Shown piece after piece: positions 12,399 through 26,327 of a stretch of 64,000 nt of DNA (its first letter is position 1; every line of letters starts with the position of its first letter). Source of the stretch: Squalus acanthias. Lineage: Eukaryota. Under the pieces are notes generated by a model. That model saw nothing but the letters and a program-made list of their open reading frames with translations, was not told where the DNA came from and searched no databases. Made by a program: the position numbers and the translations under genes. The DNA is taken from contig CM059431.1 in NCBI GenBank assembly GCA_030390025.1, positions 130,140,001-130,204,000 on the forward strand, given 5' to 3'.

Positions 12399-14787
12399 GG
12401 TCGGTAAATGAAGTCCTTCATACACTGTCCAAAGCGTTTCCAGTCTCCAGAAGAATCAAGGCTGCTTGCAGGCCTTAAATCCAACAGCATTGATTATGTC
12501 ATCGGAGGCGACTTTCTGTATGAAAAGACTCATTGGGCCAGGGGTTCCCACACGCAGGAAATCAATTGCCCAATTAGGGGAAAATCCCACATTTTCAACA
12601 CATCACTTAGGAGTCGGAGTCCTGACATGATTTCCACCTGACACGCCCCAGCCCGCCCACACTGACAAAATCCAGCCCTTTGTGTCCTCTTCACAACTTG
12701 CTTTCCCACCTATCTTTGTATCATCAGCAAATTTGGCTACATTGCACTCGGTCCCTTCATCCAAGTCATTAATATAGATCGTAAACAGCTGAGGCCCCAG
12801 CACTGATCCCTGTGGCACCTCACTAGTTACAGTTTGCCACCCTGATAGTGACCCATTTATCCCGATTCTCTGTTTCCTGTTAGTTAGCCAATCCTCTATC
12901 CATGCTAATATATTACCCCCAACCCCATGAGCTCTTATCTTGTGCAGTAACCTTTTATGTGGCACCTTATCGAATGCCTTCTGGAAATCAAAATACACTA
13001 CATCTACTGGTTCCCCTTTATCCACCCTGCTCGTTACATCCTCAAAGAACTCTAGCAAATTTGTCAAACATGATTTCCCTTTCATAAAAACAATGCTGGC
13101 TTTGCTTGACTGTAGTATGATTTTCTAAATGTCCTGCTACTACTTCCTTAATAATGGACTCAAGCATTTTCCCAATGACAGATGTTAAGCTAACTGGTCT
13201 ATAGTTTCCTGCTTTCTGTCTCCCTCCTTTCTTGAATAGGGCTGTTACATTTGCGGTTTTCCAGTCCGCTGGGATCTCTCCAGAATCCAGAGACTTTTGG
13301 TAGATTACAACCAATGCATCCACTATCTCTGCAGCCACTTCTTTTAAGACCCTAGGATGCAGGCCATCAGGTCCAGGGAACTTGTCCACCTTTAGTCCCA
13401 TAAGTTTGCCTAGTACTTTTTCTCTGGTGATGGTGATTGTTTTAAGTTCCCCCCTCCCTATAGCCCCTTGATTATCTATTATTACTGGGATGCTTTTAGT
13501 GTCTTCTACCGTGAAGACCGATACAAAATATTTGTTCAAAGTCTCTGCCATTTCCCTGTTTCTCATCCTCTAAGGGACCAACGTTTACTTTAGTTACTCT
13601 CTTCCTTTTTATATACCTGTAGAAGCTCTTACGGTCTGTTCTTATATTTCTTGCTAGTTTACTCTCATTATCTATCTTCTCTCTATTATTTGTTTTCAAT
13701 TTGATACCATCCTTAACTTCCTTAGTTAGCCATGATGGTTCATTCTTCTCTTAGAGTCTTTCTTTCTCACTGGAATATATCTTTGCTGAGAGTTATGAAA
13801 TATCTCCTTAAATGTCTGCCACTGCTTATCTACCATCTTACCCTTTAATCTATTTTCCCAGTCCACTTTAGCCAACTCTGTCTTCTTCATACCTTTGTAA
13901 TTGCCTTTATTTAAGTTCAGGAAACTAGTTTGAGACCCAAGTTTCTCACCCTCAAACTGAATTTGAAATTCTAACGTGCCATGATCACTCTTCCCTAGAG
14001 GATCCTTTACTATGGGATCATTAATTAATCCTATCTCATTACACATTACCAGATCTAAAATACCCTTCTCCCTGGTTGGTTCCACAACGTATTGTTCTAA
14101 GAAACCATTCTGAATACACTCTATGAACTCTTCCTCAAGGCTACCATTGCCAATTTGATTTGCCCAATCTATATGAAGATTAAAATCGTCCATGATTATT
14201 GCAGTACCTTTCTTACAAGCCTCCATTATTTCTTGATTTATATTATGTCCTCCAGTTTAGCTACTGTTAGGGGGCCTATAGACTACTCCCACCAGTGACT
14301 TCTTTCCCTTACTATTACTTAACTCCACCCAAACTGATTCTACATCTTGGTCTTTTGAGCCAATATCATTTCTCACTACTGCACCGATCTCATCCCTTAT
14401 TAACAGAGCTACCCCACCTTCTTTTCCTTTCTGCCTATCCTTCCGAAATGTCAAATACCCCTGAATATTCAGTTCCCAGACTTGGTCACCTTGCAACCAC
14501 GTCTTTGTAATGGCTATCAGATCATACCCATTTATTTTTATCGGTGCCGTCAACTCATCTATCTTGTTATGAATGCTGCGTGCATTCAGATAAAGCGCTT
14601 TTAATTTTGTCTTTTTACCATTTTTTCCTACTCTGTCTCTACTTTCTGATGTACTCATGTTTATACGCTCTGTCCCTTCCTGTCACACTCTGGTTATCAT
14701 TACCCCTATCGCTACCCTGCACTATTGCCTTCTCCTTCCTCTTTGACTTTTTAAATTTCCCCTCACCTGAACCCTCCCCCCCATTAT

Positions 14788-15517
14788 TTAGTTTAAAGCC
14801 CTATCTACAGCGCTAGTTATTCGATTCATCAGGACACTGCTCCCAGCATGGTTCAAGTGAAGCCCGTCCCAACGGAACAACTCCCTCTTTCCCCAGTACT
14901 GGTGCCAGTGCCCCATGAATCGAAACCCATTTCTCCCACACGAATCTTTGAGCCACGCATTCAAATCTCTGATCTTATTGACCCTATGCCAATTTGCTCG
15001 TGGCTCAGGTAGTAATCCAGAGATTATTACCTTTGTGGTTCTGCTTTTTAATTTAGTCCCTAGCTGCTCATACTCCCTCAGCAGAACCGCTTTCTTTGTC
15101 CTACCTATGTCGTTGGTACCTACGTGGACCACGGCAACTGGATCTTTCCCCTCCCACTCCAAGTTCCTCTCCAGCCCAGAGGAGATGTCCTTAACCCTGG
15201 CACCGGGGCAGGCAACACAGCCGTCGGGACTCACGCTCTTGGCTGCAGAGAACAGTATCTATCCCCCTAACTATACTGTCCCCTACCACTGCAACATTTC
15301 TTTTTACTCCCCCAACTTGAATGGCCCCCTGTACCACGGTGCTGTGGTCAGTTTGCTCATCCTCCCTGCAGTCCTTGCTCTCGTCCACACAGGGAGCAAA
15401 TACCTCGTACCTGTTGGACAAGTGCAAGGGCTGAGGCTCCTCCAATGCTACCTCCTGGATCCCCATACCTGCTTCACTCGGATTCACACCCTCCTGTCCC
15501 TGACCACGGACCAAAGG
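14788..15517 (-). pseudogene. CR1 ORF1 SGNH/GDSL esterase (frameshifted)
   Basis: VGDSIVRG, PGARV, HVGTNDIG and DGLHLN blocks across two frames. Confidence 0.88.
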
Positions 15518-17580
15518 GATATAAGAAAGTAGTAAGAGCTGCAAAAAGAGGAAATTGCAGATGCTTTTGTCCTGATCTTCCAAAACTCTCTTTATTCAGG
15601 AATTGTCCCCCTGGATTAGAAAATTGGCAATGTCGCTCCATTATTTAAGAAGGGTGAATGAGAGAAAGCAGGAAATTATAGACCTATTAGTCTAATGTCT
15701 GTTATGGGGAAGTTGCAAGAATCTGTTATTAGGGCCAGAGTGACGGAGCACCTGCACAAATACAAACTGCCCAGAGAGAGCCAACATGAATTTGTAAAGG
15801 GTAAGTCATGTCTAACTAACCTAGTTGAATCTTTTGAGGAGGTTACTAACGTGGTGGATAAGGGAGTGTCTGTGAATATTATTTAAATGGACGCCCAAAA
15901 GGCATTCGATAAGGTTAGCAAAAATGAAAGCGCATGTAATTGGAAGCAATCTGTTGACATGGCTAGTGAATTGGTTAGGAGATAGGAGACAGAGATTAGG
16001 GATAATGGGTTTGTTCTGAAATTGGTAGGATGTGACTAGAGTTGGCCCCAGAGATCTGTACTGGGGCTTCAGGTTTTCACTATTTGAGTGAATTAGATGA
16101 ATGAATAGAGAGCCATATATCCAAGTTTGCTGATGACACCAAGGTAGTGTAGATGGAAGCAGAAAGTTGCAAAGAGACATTGATAGATTAAGTGAATGGG
16201 AAAAACTGTGGCAGATGGAGTTCAATGTGGGAAAGTGTGACCTAAGAAAGATAGTTCAGAGTATTTTCTAAATGGTAAGAAGCTGTGGAGGTGCAGAGAG
16301 ATTTAGGGGTCCAAGGACAGAAATCACAAAAAGCTAGTGGACAGGTACAAAAAAGAATTAGAAAATCTAATGGAATGTTGGCCTTTATCTCAAAGGGGGC
16401 TACAAAACAAAGGGGCGGAAGTTATGTTACAGCTGTACAGAGGTCTGGTTAGACCCCCATCTGGAGTACTGCGTTTGGTTCTGGGTGTGAGAATGAAATT
16501 CTGCATTACCTGAGTACCTCAAATGTTCTTTCTGGGCAATCTGTGGGATCAACACTTGATGTGTTGTAAATTGTGTAAACAGACCGAAAAGCAAGGATAT
16601 ATTCACAAGGAAGTTAAATAGTAGAATGTGTAAGAGTCATTCAGCTATATCGGCAATGGTCTAGAATAGGTCAGCTTGGTCACTTGTGTTTAGGGGAATG
16701 GGAAGAATTTATGAGGGAAATTAGGTCACTTCTGGTCTTGGTAATAAAATGATGGGACAGGTTTATTATGGCAATCAGGTCACTTGTGTTTATGGAAGTG
16801 CATGTTTGTTGGGTTTATGTTGTTATTCTGTTGGCATTTGTATGTATCTTTGATGTACTATGATTTATTGGTGGTATGCATGGAATGTAGTGATCAAAGG
16901 TGAAAATTGGTATAAGATATGTGAGTGAACCACTGTTCAACAGCTCACACTGGAACCGTGAAGTGTGATGTCTCAACTCTCATACTGGTTTTGTAAAGTA
17001 TGGAGTTTCAATAAAGTCCCGATCCTGCATTGCTACAACTGAGTGTGTGTGTAATCTGGCGTTAAAAGTAACAAGACAAAAAAGAACAAGAAAGCAGTTT
17101 AACCACGGGCACCACACGACAGGAAAGATATATTTGCCTTGGAGGGATTGCAGCACAGATTCACCAGACTGATACCGGGGCAGGTTGCATAAACGAAGCT
17201 TGTATTCCCTTTAGTGTAGAAGATTAATGGGTAATCTAATTGAGGTGTTTGAGATGTTTGAAGGATTTGATAGGGTAGATAGGGAGAAACTATTTCTTCT
17301 GCTGGGGGAGTTCAGAACAACAGGGCATAACCTTCAAATTAGAGCTAGGCCGTTCAGGGAGTTGATGTCAGGAAGTACTTCTTCACACAAAGGGTGGTGG
17401 AAATCTGGAACTCTTTTCAATTGGAAAATACAAAACTGAGGTGGATAGATTTTTGTTAGGTAAGGGTATTAAGGGATATGGAGCAAAGGTAGGTAAATGG
17501 GTATGAGCTACAGATCAGCCATGATCTAATTTAATGGCGGAACAGGCTTTAGGGGCTGAGTGGCCTGCTCCTGTTCCTAC
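15518..17580 (+). mobile_element. Older CR1 LINE, 3' part (RT remnant and 3' UTR), interrupted by a solo LTR
   Basis: KGKSCLTNL, FADDT and LEYC motifs; ends GGCTGAGTGGCCTGCTCCTGTTCCTA. Confidence 0.85.
16486..17105 (+). mobile_element. Solo LTR, 620 bp
   Basis: TG...CA ends, TSD TGGG/CGGG, splits CR1 TTCTGGG|CACCACAC. TATAAGAT at 16911, AATAAA at 17010, repeated GGTCACTT(G/C)TG motifs. Confidence 0.8.
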
Positions 17581-18555
17581 GCTAGGCAGAGAGAAGCTTC
17601 GTATCTTTCTGCTGATGCATGTGAAATTACCTCACTTTGGCTGACATAATGTTGATGGAGGTTCCTCTTCCCAAAGGAAGCTGCACCAGTCAACCCTTAA
17701 TTGTGTTACTACGATACATGAATGTCTGACGAACCACAATGCTGGATGGAATCTTCAGAAACACCCAATCAGAGCGTGCCATGCTTTTGTGTCGTACTGC
17801 ATAAAAGAAGGCAGATCAGGATGATCAGAAGCCAGTCTTTCTGATTGGCCGTCCCGCCAAGGTGCCACTAAATAATTCTGTAGGCCTTAACATACCTTTC
17901 TGAAAAAGGCAATAGAGACCTGCCATCTTACAGTCTGGGCCAGCAGAGAGACATCTGCTACAAATAAAACTGTGGCTAACCTGCCACTTAGGATTGGTAC
18001 TGGCAGGAACAATAACAGTCAGCTTGATATGAAAATTGGCAGCACCTCCTTACAGGCATACTGCAATGCTGACCTATGGAGATGGTGCACTACAGTTGCA
18101 AAGAGGGCAGTTCCCCCTTGGAAGCATATCATGCACCTCCACTTCAGCAGCTAGCAAATGGGATTTGGGTGCAGGGCTATCCTGTCACTTTGCGACTTAT
18201 GCCTTCACTTAGGTTTCCTTTTCCCTTCATATTTGCCTGACATTTATTAATCCCCCACTGCTTAGCAAAGGCTGTGAATGGGAAAAAATACCTTTTGAGG
18301 CTTTCAGAATTTTTGTTCCCCTATTGTGACACTTCACTTTAATTGCCCTCATCCCTTTCAATTTGACATGAATGCAATTTTTCTCTTCCGCCTTTAGTCT
18401 GCTCCCTAGACTGGTCTGAGTCTGCACCATTTGCTGTGATTAGCAATGCAAATGAGCTTATGCTGGAGAATTGAGTGTTATTACAACTTGATTTCTCAGG
18501 CAGGATTTGCACCAGTTCTGAACCATTAGGAACTGTCTTACATCTGTAAATCTAC

Positions 18556-18935
18556 CCATGATCTAATTGAATGGTGGAGCAAGCCCAAGTGGCTGAATGG
18601 CCTACTCCTGTTCCTAATCTTCCTATGTTCCTACCCCTTGGGCTTTTCAGCCTTGAAAGGAGGTGAGTGAGAGGTGACCTTATATAGGTATATTAAATAG
18701 TAAACAGTATGGAAAAGCTAGATCTGGAAAATTGTTTAAAACTAAATTGAAAGAAAAGAGCATGGGAATATTGGTTCGAACTAGTAAAAGGCAAATTTAG
18801 GATTGATGTTAAGAAGTGATCAACACATAGATGGACGTCCAGGTAGAGAAGTGGAGGGAAAAATCCTGGAGTCATTTATGTAGATGTTGCAGTATCTCTG
18901 GTCTTTCTGGAGTGAGGACCTAAGATGGGCTGAAA
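18556..18935 (+). mobile_element. Short CR1 3' tail plus an older CR1 3'-end remnant
   Basis: GGCTGAATGGCCTACTCCTGTTCC tail, followed by decayed RGDLI/KGKFR-like sequence. Confidence 0.6.
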
Positions 18936-19129
18936 GGCTGTAAAAGTTATGGCAACCTTGTGCCAGACTGCACTTTCAGTCAAAGTTCTTTCTTCACATG
19001 TCATAAGACCTATATTCACAACTATTTTTGAGCTAATAGCATTTTTTGGGCAGCAACTGATTTTTTGAAGCCATTGGTTTGCTTTTGCCTGTTTTTGTAT
19101 TTGTATTTATGGAAGACCACCTCATACTA

Positions 19130-20598
19130 TGAAGGGATAATTACAAGTCCTAGCCCTTTTCGGGCATATTCCCCAGACGTTCACCTTCAGCTAAAGTTAG
19201 CGGTAGCCGAATCCTAGAGACGCTTAATTGGGTCTAAAGGTTCAGACTATCTCTCCCTAAAGGAAAGGAACGGCCTGAAGATGTTACCGTCCTCCGGATA
19301 GCACTTTTAACAAGTTTAACTCGACTGTAACCTTCCGGATATTATGAGGGTCCGGAAAACCCCCCAGAATTCTGAAACTCCTTACTGAAGAGTGTACAGA
19401 AATTGAGTTCGCGAGATTGATACAGAAAGACTCTGAGACAATTTAAAAAATATATAGATTTATTAAAGAACCGACATTTAGTTCACAGCTGGTATGGCAA
19501 TCGCAACTTTAACCGTTCAAAATACAAATAGCTTACATTTCTTATCAGAGATCCTTATTCTCAAATCTTAACTTCGTTACATTTCCACACTTCTACTTAT
19601 TTCTTAATCCAGAATATCCACCGAAATCAAATACCTTGATTACCCGAGACTCAGAGTTGAAAACTTACAGAGTATGCCTGTGAAATTGAGAAACGCTTGC
19701 CCTTCCAGCAACTTCTGACTCTCTATCTGAAAAGCTCTATTTTTATACTCTTTTTTTAGTGGTATTTTCTTTGACGTTTCCTGCTGATTTAAGCTAATTA
19801 TCTCTAGTGATTCTTTATTGAATTTTTTTCTATTCTTACTGTCATTTCAGCTGCCAACTTTTAGAATTCTGTCTCTACCTTTAGGTGTTTCAAAAACTAT
19901 CATAAAATGGTTATTACAGATTTATCTTTTTGATGCCATTCTTAGGAAGTCTTTCTATTGAATTCTTAATATCACTTAACTGCTTGTAAGCCAGACGCCG
20001 TGACTCCGTGGTGTTCCAAGTTCAATACAAACACAATGTAATTGCTTGGTGTCATCTATTGATATATCTTCAAAGCCTCTCTGTAGGTATCTTTTACAAT
20101 TTGTAAATTAAAAACACTTCTCTTAGGGTGTTTACTTGTTTTCTTGCTATCTCAATTGGTTGCATATTTAATCGTGTTTCCTGTTTCTAAGTTTAACATA
20201 AAACTATTTTACGGTAGGTATTTCTTTTACTTGATGTCATTTTTTCAAAGGCACTTGTTTTTTTTAATGTTCTGTGCACCTGTTCGACGTGTTAGATTTT
20301 GACACTTTACTTGGGCATTGCTATTGTTTTGTTCCAAACTCTAGACATTCTGGAAGAACCAATGGTTTGCTTCAATAGGGGCTTTGTCTCTGTATTTACA
20401 AACCAATTCCCATTTCAAAGCTTGTGGTGTTTTACAGCTTTTGTTAACACTTCACCTTATCTCAGAAGCCTGTATTGTGTTTGCAGCCTGTGTCTCCAAG
20501 GCTTTCCAGACTTTTAAACTCAGTATGTCATGTATTAATATTATCAAAATCTGTTTATAGGATGATGTATTTCTTGGAATATGGCTTATTCCATTACA
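19130..20598 (-). mobile_element. Long solo LTR, 1469 bp, ERV1/epsilon-like or Gypsy
   Basis: TG...CA termini with perfect 4-bp TSD ACTA (19126-19129, 20599-20602). Minus-strand TATAAAA (19741-19747) upstream of AATAAA (19459-19464). Confidence 0.8.
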
Positions 20599-23500
20599 AC
20601 TACACCCGTCTAATGTTTACAACTGCAGAACTGTGAGCAAAAAATTAGCAGCAGTGACTATCAAATTTAAAAGATGCTGGCAATTCTTTAATTTGTGCTC
20701 CTCATAGCTTCAAGTGTGGAAAGCATGGGGGATAAATTGGATAGCCCCCGAAAACGGGTGCGGGAATCGCGATGCACAATTACCCCGTGGCTGTTCAATG
20801 TAATGCAGGCAGCAAAGCATCTTCGTGCTGCCTGCTCATTAGCATGATTTCTGCATGCAGTCAGTGCTAACTGCACTGTTAATTGGCTGCACACATCAGC
20901 AGGGGGCCCAAAATCGATACTTGCTTGCACTACTTAAAGCTACCTGCTTAAAGCTAACCTGCCCATCTTAAAGGGGAGGTTTATTGTGCCTGGAGCAGGT
21001 GCTGGGAGTCCATTGTGAGCTGAATCTGACCTGAGAAAGAGAGAAGAATGGCTGAACATGGGAGAGAGTGGGTACCCAGGTTTTCCGACGCTGCAATGGA
21101 GGTCTTGGTAGAGGAGGTGGAAAGGAGAAGAGACTTCCTGTTTCTGCAGGGGGCCAGGACGCCGTCCAGACACACAGTGAAAAGGCAATGGGAGCAGATA
21201 GCCGTGGAGGTCAATGGCAGGAGTTTAGCTCCAAGGACCTGGATGCAGTGCCGCAAGAAGTTTAATGCCTCACACGAGTGGTCAAGGTCAGTGAATGCAT
21301 CTTTAAATACAACATCCTACCAACTGCACCACTAGCCTCCGCCACTGCTCAAATCACCACACTCCCACCACTCACTTCCCAACAATCTCTATCAATCAGG
21401 ACTCATACCGAACATGCATATGCTGCACCTCACCCTCACGCACTTAGCACTGTTGTAAGTCTCACACCCACATCTCACAGCTTGCACACACTGCCAGCGA
21501 CCGCGACAGGCACATCACCCAAACACGTTGCACCACACTCACTGACGTACTTCACTTTCTCTTGCAGGCCAAGGTGCCGCATAACCAGCAGCTAACAGGT
21601 GGGTGACAGGCACGGCTGCAGAACCTGACCTAGCTGGAGAAGACAGTGCTAAATATCATTGGATGGGCCGTCACTGAGGCCATGGTGATCGGCGAAGCTG
21701 AAAGCATTGATGGGGACGGTACCTAATCCGCCTTCTCACATCCCACTACCCCCTCATCCCACAATCTCTTCTGACTTACAAGCTGCTGATGGTGTAAGCA
21801 TGAACATCTTGCTTTCCCCCTGACTTCTCACCACAACCCTACCAGTGCAGGAAGAACAAGAGGAGGAGAGTGATTGAGAAGAAGAGACACTGGCTGCGAT
21901 TTCGCCTACCGAGGCGGGTTTGATGCGGCCAGGGTCAGTGGTGGGGTGTGACCCCGCTCCCTGCTCCAGCCCGCTCTGTAGAGTGATCTTATGCTGATTG
22001 GGCTTGTTAAGCCTGCCCAGTGCATTTCCAGGTCAATTGAAGTAAGCGGGTCTGATGACATCACTTGATGACGCGTCATCAGCCGGTTTCCTTAAAGGGA
22101 CCATTAGCAAATTGATTTTGACAGATCTGCTGTCAGTGTTCCACAGCATTGAGGTGCTGCAAACACTAACAAGCACTGCACAGATGTGCAGGGCTGCACC
22201 CAGGCTCTCCCATGACCCGCTCCATATGCTTATAGAGGGAGTCACAGCACGCAGGGATGTTCTCTTCCCTTCCAGTGGGCAGAAGAGACCTCCCCAGGAG
22301 ATCAACGCAGCCTGGTTGCACATTGCACAGGAGGACACAAGCAGGGATGTCGTTGGGAGGACCAGGCTGCAGTGGCGCAAACCCTTCAATGATCTCAGTA
22401 AATCACGAAACATGACTGCAAAGCCACACTCAACCTCATCCTGCTGTGCCACTCATCATATCCCCATCACTCTGCCTTCCCTACCGTACTCCTGCACATC
22501 CTTACTCACACCAACTTACCTTGCACCTCCACCCATCCCTCTCTATCTACATTATCACTTCTCCATCTCACTAGCCACCCCTCACACTCACCCTCATCCT
22601 AGTCCAATCATACCACCTAAAATCACACAAGGGTAGGCACTTGTGTGTTTTAGACAATGTTCATGTGAAGTTTCTGTTAATGTGGTGTCAAACATTGAAA
22701 TCTTTATTTTCTACACTTTGCATTCCTAGACAGATTTGTGTGCACCTTGGGAAGTGGCTTAGTGAGTTGCAGTGAATGGTGAGACATAACGTTACCCCCG
22801 CAATGGCGATGAGCGTGAAAGGAATGGCTTGGGCCTTGTAGGGATACTTTATGGTGTTGGTGTGGGGTGGTGCCAACAGGCACATCATGTGGCAGCCAGG
22901 GTGTACAGTGTAAGTGAAGTAAATCTGGCCATGGTGAGGCCATCCCTGGCGTTCCGGGCAGCAATGTGGTCAGGTGCTGATGCCCTGTGTCCTGTGCAGC
23001 ACCAGCTGATTGCAGAGAAGGTTGGTTTTGTTGTTGGTGTGCGTGGTGCTGCTGGTATTGGAGCTGATTGTGGTGGGATTCTGAGGACCAAGGTGAGATA
23101 TTTTCAAGGGCACCGATGCTGATAGAATAGATGGCAGGTGAGATTGAGTTGACAAAAGCGATGTCAGTGCTGAGAGAGGTTGTTCCAATGAGGTGACACT
23201 GGATAGAGAATTTGCTCCAAACACTTGTAAGCTGCATAAAGCTCAATCTGTCTTCCAAATGCAGTAAGCAACAGCTTCTAACCTTGGAAAGTGAACAGCT
23301 ATGAAATAGGAGCTTTAATAGACCATTTGCAGCTGTCAAGTTAAGAAATCATCCCATGCTGACGCAACCCCCGAACTCCTTACCTGACGTGATCCCCAAG
23401 CAGCGGGGAAGCCATTGGCGAACTTTAAAAAGGTAAAGTTGAGCTTAAATAGTTTTTGAGCGCCTGTTAGCACGCTCTTAATCATCTAAATTGCCTCCCC

Positions 23501-26037
23501 CGCCGCTTGAACATAAGAACATAAGAAATAGGAGCAGGAGTAGGCCATTCGGCCCATCGATCCTGCTCCGCCATTCAGTGAGATCATGGCTGATCTTCTG
23601 CCTCAACTCCATTCACCAGCCTTATCACCATATCCCTTGATGCCCTTACTAGTCAGAAATCTATCGACTTCTGTTTTGAATATACCCAATGACTGAGCCT
23701 CCACAGCCCTCTGGGGGTAGAGAATTCCAAAGATTCACCACCCTCTGTGTGAAGAAATTTCTTCTAATTTCTGTCCTGAATGGCCTACCCTTTATCCTGA
23801 GGCTGTGGCCCCTGGTTCTAGACTCCCTAGCCAAGGGAAACATTCTCCCAGCATCCACCCTATTAAGCCCTGCAGTAATTTTGTATGCTTCAATGAGATT
23901 CCCTCTCATTCTTCTGAATTCAAGAGAATACAGGCCTAGTTTACTCAATCTGTTCTCATACGACAGTCCCGCCATCGCAGGAATCAATCTCGTGAACCTT
24001 CGTTGCACTCCTATGGCAAGTATATCCTTCCTTAGGTAAGGAGACCAAAATTGTACACAGTTCTCCAGGTGTGGTCTCACCAAGGCCCTATATAATTGGA
24101 GTAAGACTTCTTTACTCCTGTACTCAAATCCTCTTGTAATGAAGGGCAGCATACCATTTGCCTTCCTAATGGCTTGCTGCACTTACACATTCACTTTCAG
24201 TAACTCATGTACAAGGACACCCAGGACCCTTTGAGCATCTGCATTCCCCAATCTTTCACCATTTAGGAAATATTCTGCCTTTCTGTTTTTTCTACCAAAG
24301 TGGATAACTTCACATTTATCCACATTATATTCCATTTGCCATGTTCTAGCCCACTAACTGAGCCTGTCGAGATCCCCTTGAAGCCTCTTCACATCCTCTT
24401 CACAACTGACACTAGCTTTGTATCATCAGCAAATTTGGAAATGTTACATTTAGTCCCCTCATCCAAATCATTGATATAGATTGTGAATAGCTGGGGCCCA
24501 AGCACCAATCCTTGTGGTACCCCACTAGTCACAGCCTGCCATCCTGAAAAAGACCCGTTTATCCCTACTCTTTGTTTTCTGTCTGTTAACCAATTCTCAT
24601 TTCATGCTAGTATATTACCCCCAATTCCATGTGCCCTAATTTTGTTCACCAACCTCTTGTGTGGGACCTTATCGAAGGCCTTCTGAAAATCCAAATACAC
24701 CACATCTACCGGTTCCCCTTTGTCTACTCCACTAGTTACATCCTCAAAGAACTCTAATAGGTTTGTTAAACAGGATTTCCCATTCATAAATCCATGTTAA
24801 CTCTGCCCAATCTTACTATTAGTTTCTAAGTGCCCAATTATTGCATCCTTTATAATAGATTCCAGCATTTTCCCAACTACTGATGTGAAGCTAACAGGTC
24901 TGTAGTTCCCCGTTTTCTTTCTCCCTCCTTTCTTAAATTGCGGGGTAACATTTGCTATCCTCCAATCTGCAGGAACCGTTCCAGAATCTATAGAATTTTG
25001 GAAGATGACAACCAATGCGTCCACTATCCCAATGGCCACCTCTTTCAAAACGCTAGGATGTAGGTCATCCGGTCCTTGGGATTTATCGACTTTTAGTCCC
25101 ATTAATTTTGCTGGTACTGTTTTTTTTACTAATAATAATTCCTTTAAGTTCCTGATTCTCGCCGCACCCTTGGTTTTCTCATATTTCTGGGAGGTTTTTT
25201 GTGTCTTCCTCTGTGAAGACAGAAACAAAGTATTTATTTAATTTCTCAGCCATTTCCTCATTCCCCATTATAAATTCTCCCATCTCTGACTGTAAAGGAC
25301 CTACATTTACCTTCACCAGTCTTTTCCTTTTCACATACCAATAGAAGCTTTTACAATCCGTTTTTATATTTTTTGCTAGTTTGTGCTCATATTCCATTTT
25401 CCCTTTCTTTATCAATTTCTTGGTCCCCCTTTGCTGATTTCTAAAAAGATCCCAATCCTCAGGCTGACCACTTTTTCTGGCAACTTTATAAGCTTCCGCC
25501 TTTGACTGAATACTAGCTTTAATTTCTTTTGTAAACCATGGTTGGGTCACTTTTCCTTTTGCGTTTTTATGCCCTAGAGGAATATATGTTTGTTGCAAAT
25601 TATGCATTATTTCCTTGAATGTTAGCCATTGTATGTCCACCTTCATACCTTTTAGTGTAGTCTCCCAATCTACCATGGCCAACTTGTCCCTCATACCCTT
25701 GTAGTTTCCTCTGTTTAGATTGAAGAACTTAGTTTCAGATTGGACTACATCACTCTCAAATTTAACGTAAAATTCAATCATATTATGGTCACTTATCCCA
25801 AAAGGCCCCTTTACCACAAGATTATTGATTAGCCCTTTCTCATTACACAGTACCAGATCCAGAATAGCCTGTTCCCTGGTTAGTTCCTCCACATACTGAT
25901 CCAGGAAACCATCTCGCATGCATTCTAAGTATTCGTCCTCCACACCATTAGTGGTAATTTGATTTGCCCAGTCAATATGTAGATTAATGTGAGAAGTCGC
26001 ACAACACCAGGTTATAGTCCAACAGGTCTATTTGAAA

Positions 26038-26074
26038 TCACAAGCTTTCGGAGCGCTGCTCCTTTGTCAGGTGA
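26038..26074 (-). ncRNA. Minimal type I hammerhead ribozyme motif (G8A variant), minus-strand copy
   Basis: Exact reverse complement of 26291-26327. Confidence 0.7.
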
Positions 26075-26290
26075 AGTGAAGAGATACATATAGGCACAGC
26101 ATATATAGTCAGAGAACACAGCCAGATGATTACAGTTAATCTTTCGGGATCTTGTCTGCTTTCTTGCATCTCTGTAGAAACTTGATGTCTGTGTCGATAT
26201 GCGCGATCTTCTTGGAGATCCTCTCCACTTTGAGCCGGCAGTTTGTGGTGTCGATAGTAGCCATGATGTGCCTATATGTATCTCTTCACT

Positions 26291-26327
26291 TCACCTGACA
26301 AAGGAGCAGCGCTCCGAAAGCTTGTGA
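26291..26327 (+). ncRNA. Minimal type I hammerhead ribozyme motif (G8A variant)
   Basis: Stem I TCAC/GTGA, core CTGACAA (consensus CTGANGA), stem II GGAGC-AGC-GCTCC, GAAA, palindromic AGCT stem III. Confidence 0.7.

Larger units (their letters stand above)
9456..12678 (-). mobile_element. Harbinger element retaining the Myb/SANT gene, transposase internally deleted
   Basis: TIRs GGGCTCAATTTTG / CAAAATCCAGCCC. TSD TTT is confirmed by rejoining the interrupted CR1 RT sequence. Confidence 0.9.
8652..15517 (-). mobile_element. Near full-length CR1 LINE (esterase ORF1, APE-RT ORF2 pseudogene), interrupted by a Harbinger
   Basis: ORF2 fragments LYLNARSI, VYRPP, NYRPVSLTSV, DFQKAFDKVPH, PQGSVLGP, FADD, RPHLEYCVQFW. 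AACATAAG tail. 10-bp TSD. Confidence 0.92.

Noticed and set aside
14788..15234. Horizontally acquired bacterial GDSL esterase
   Set aside because: An esterase ORF1 is an established feature of CR1-group LINEs; three copies here sit in CR1 context.
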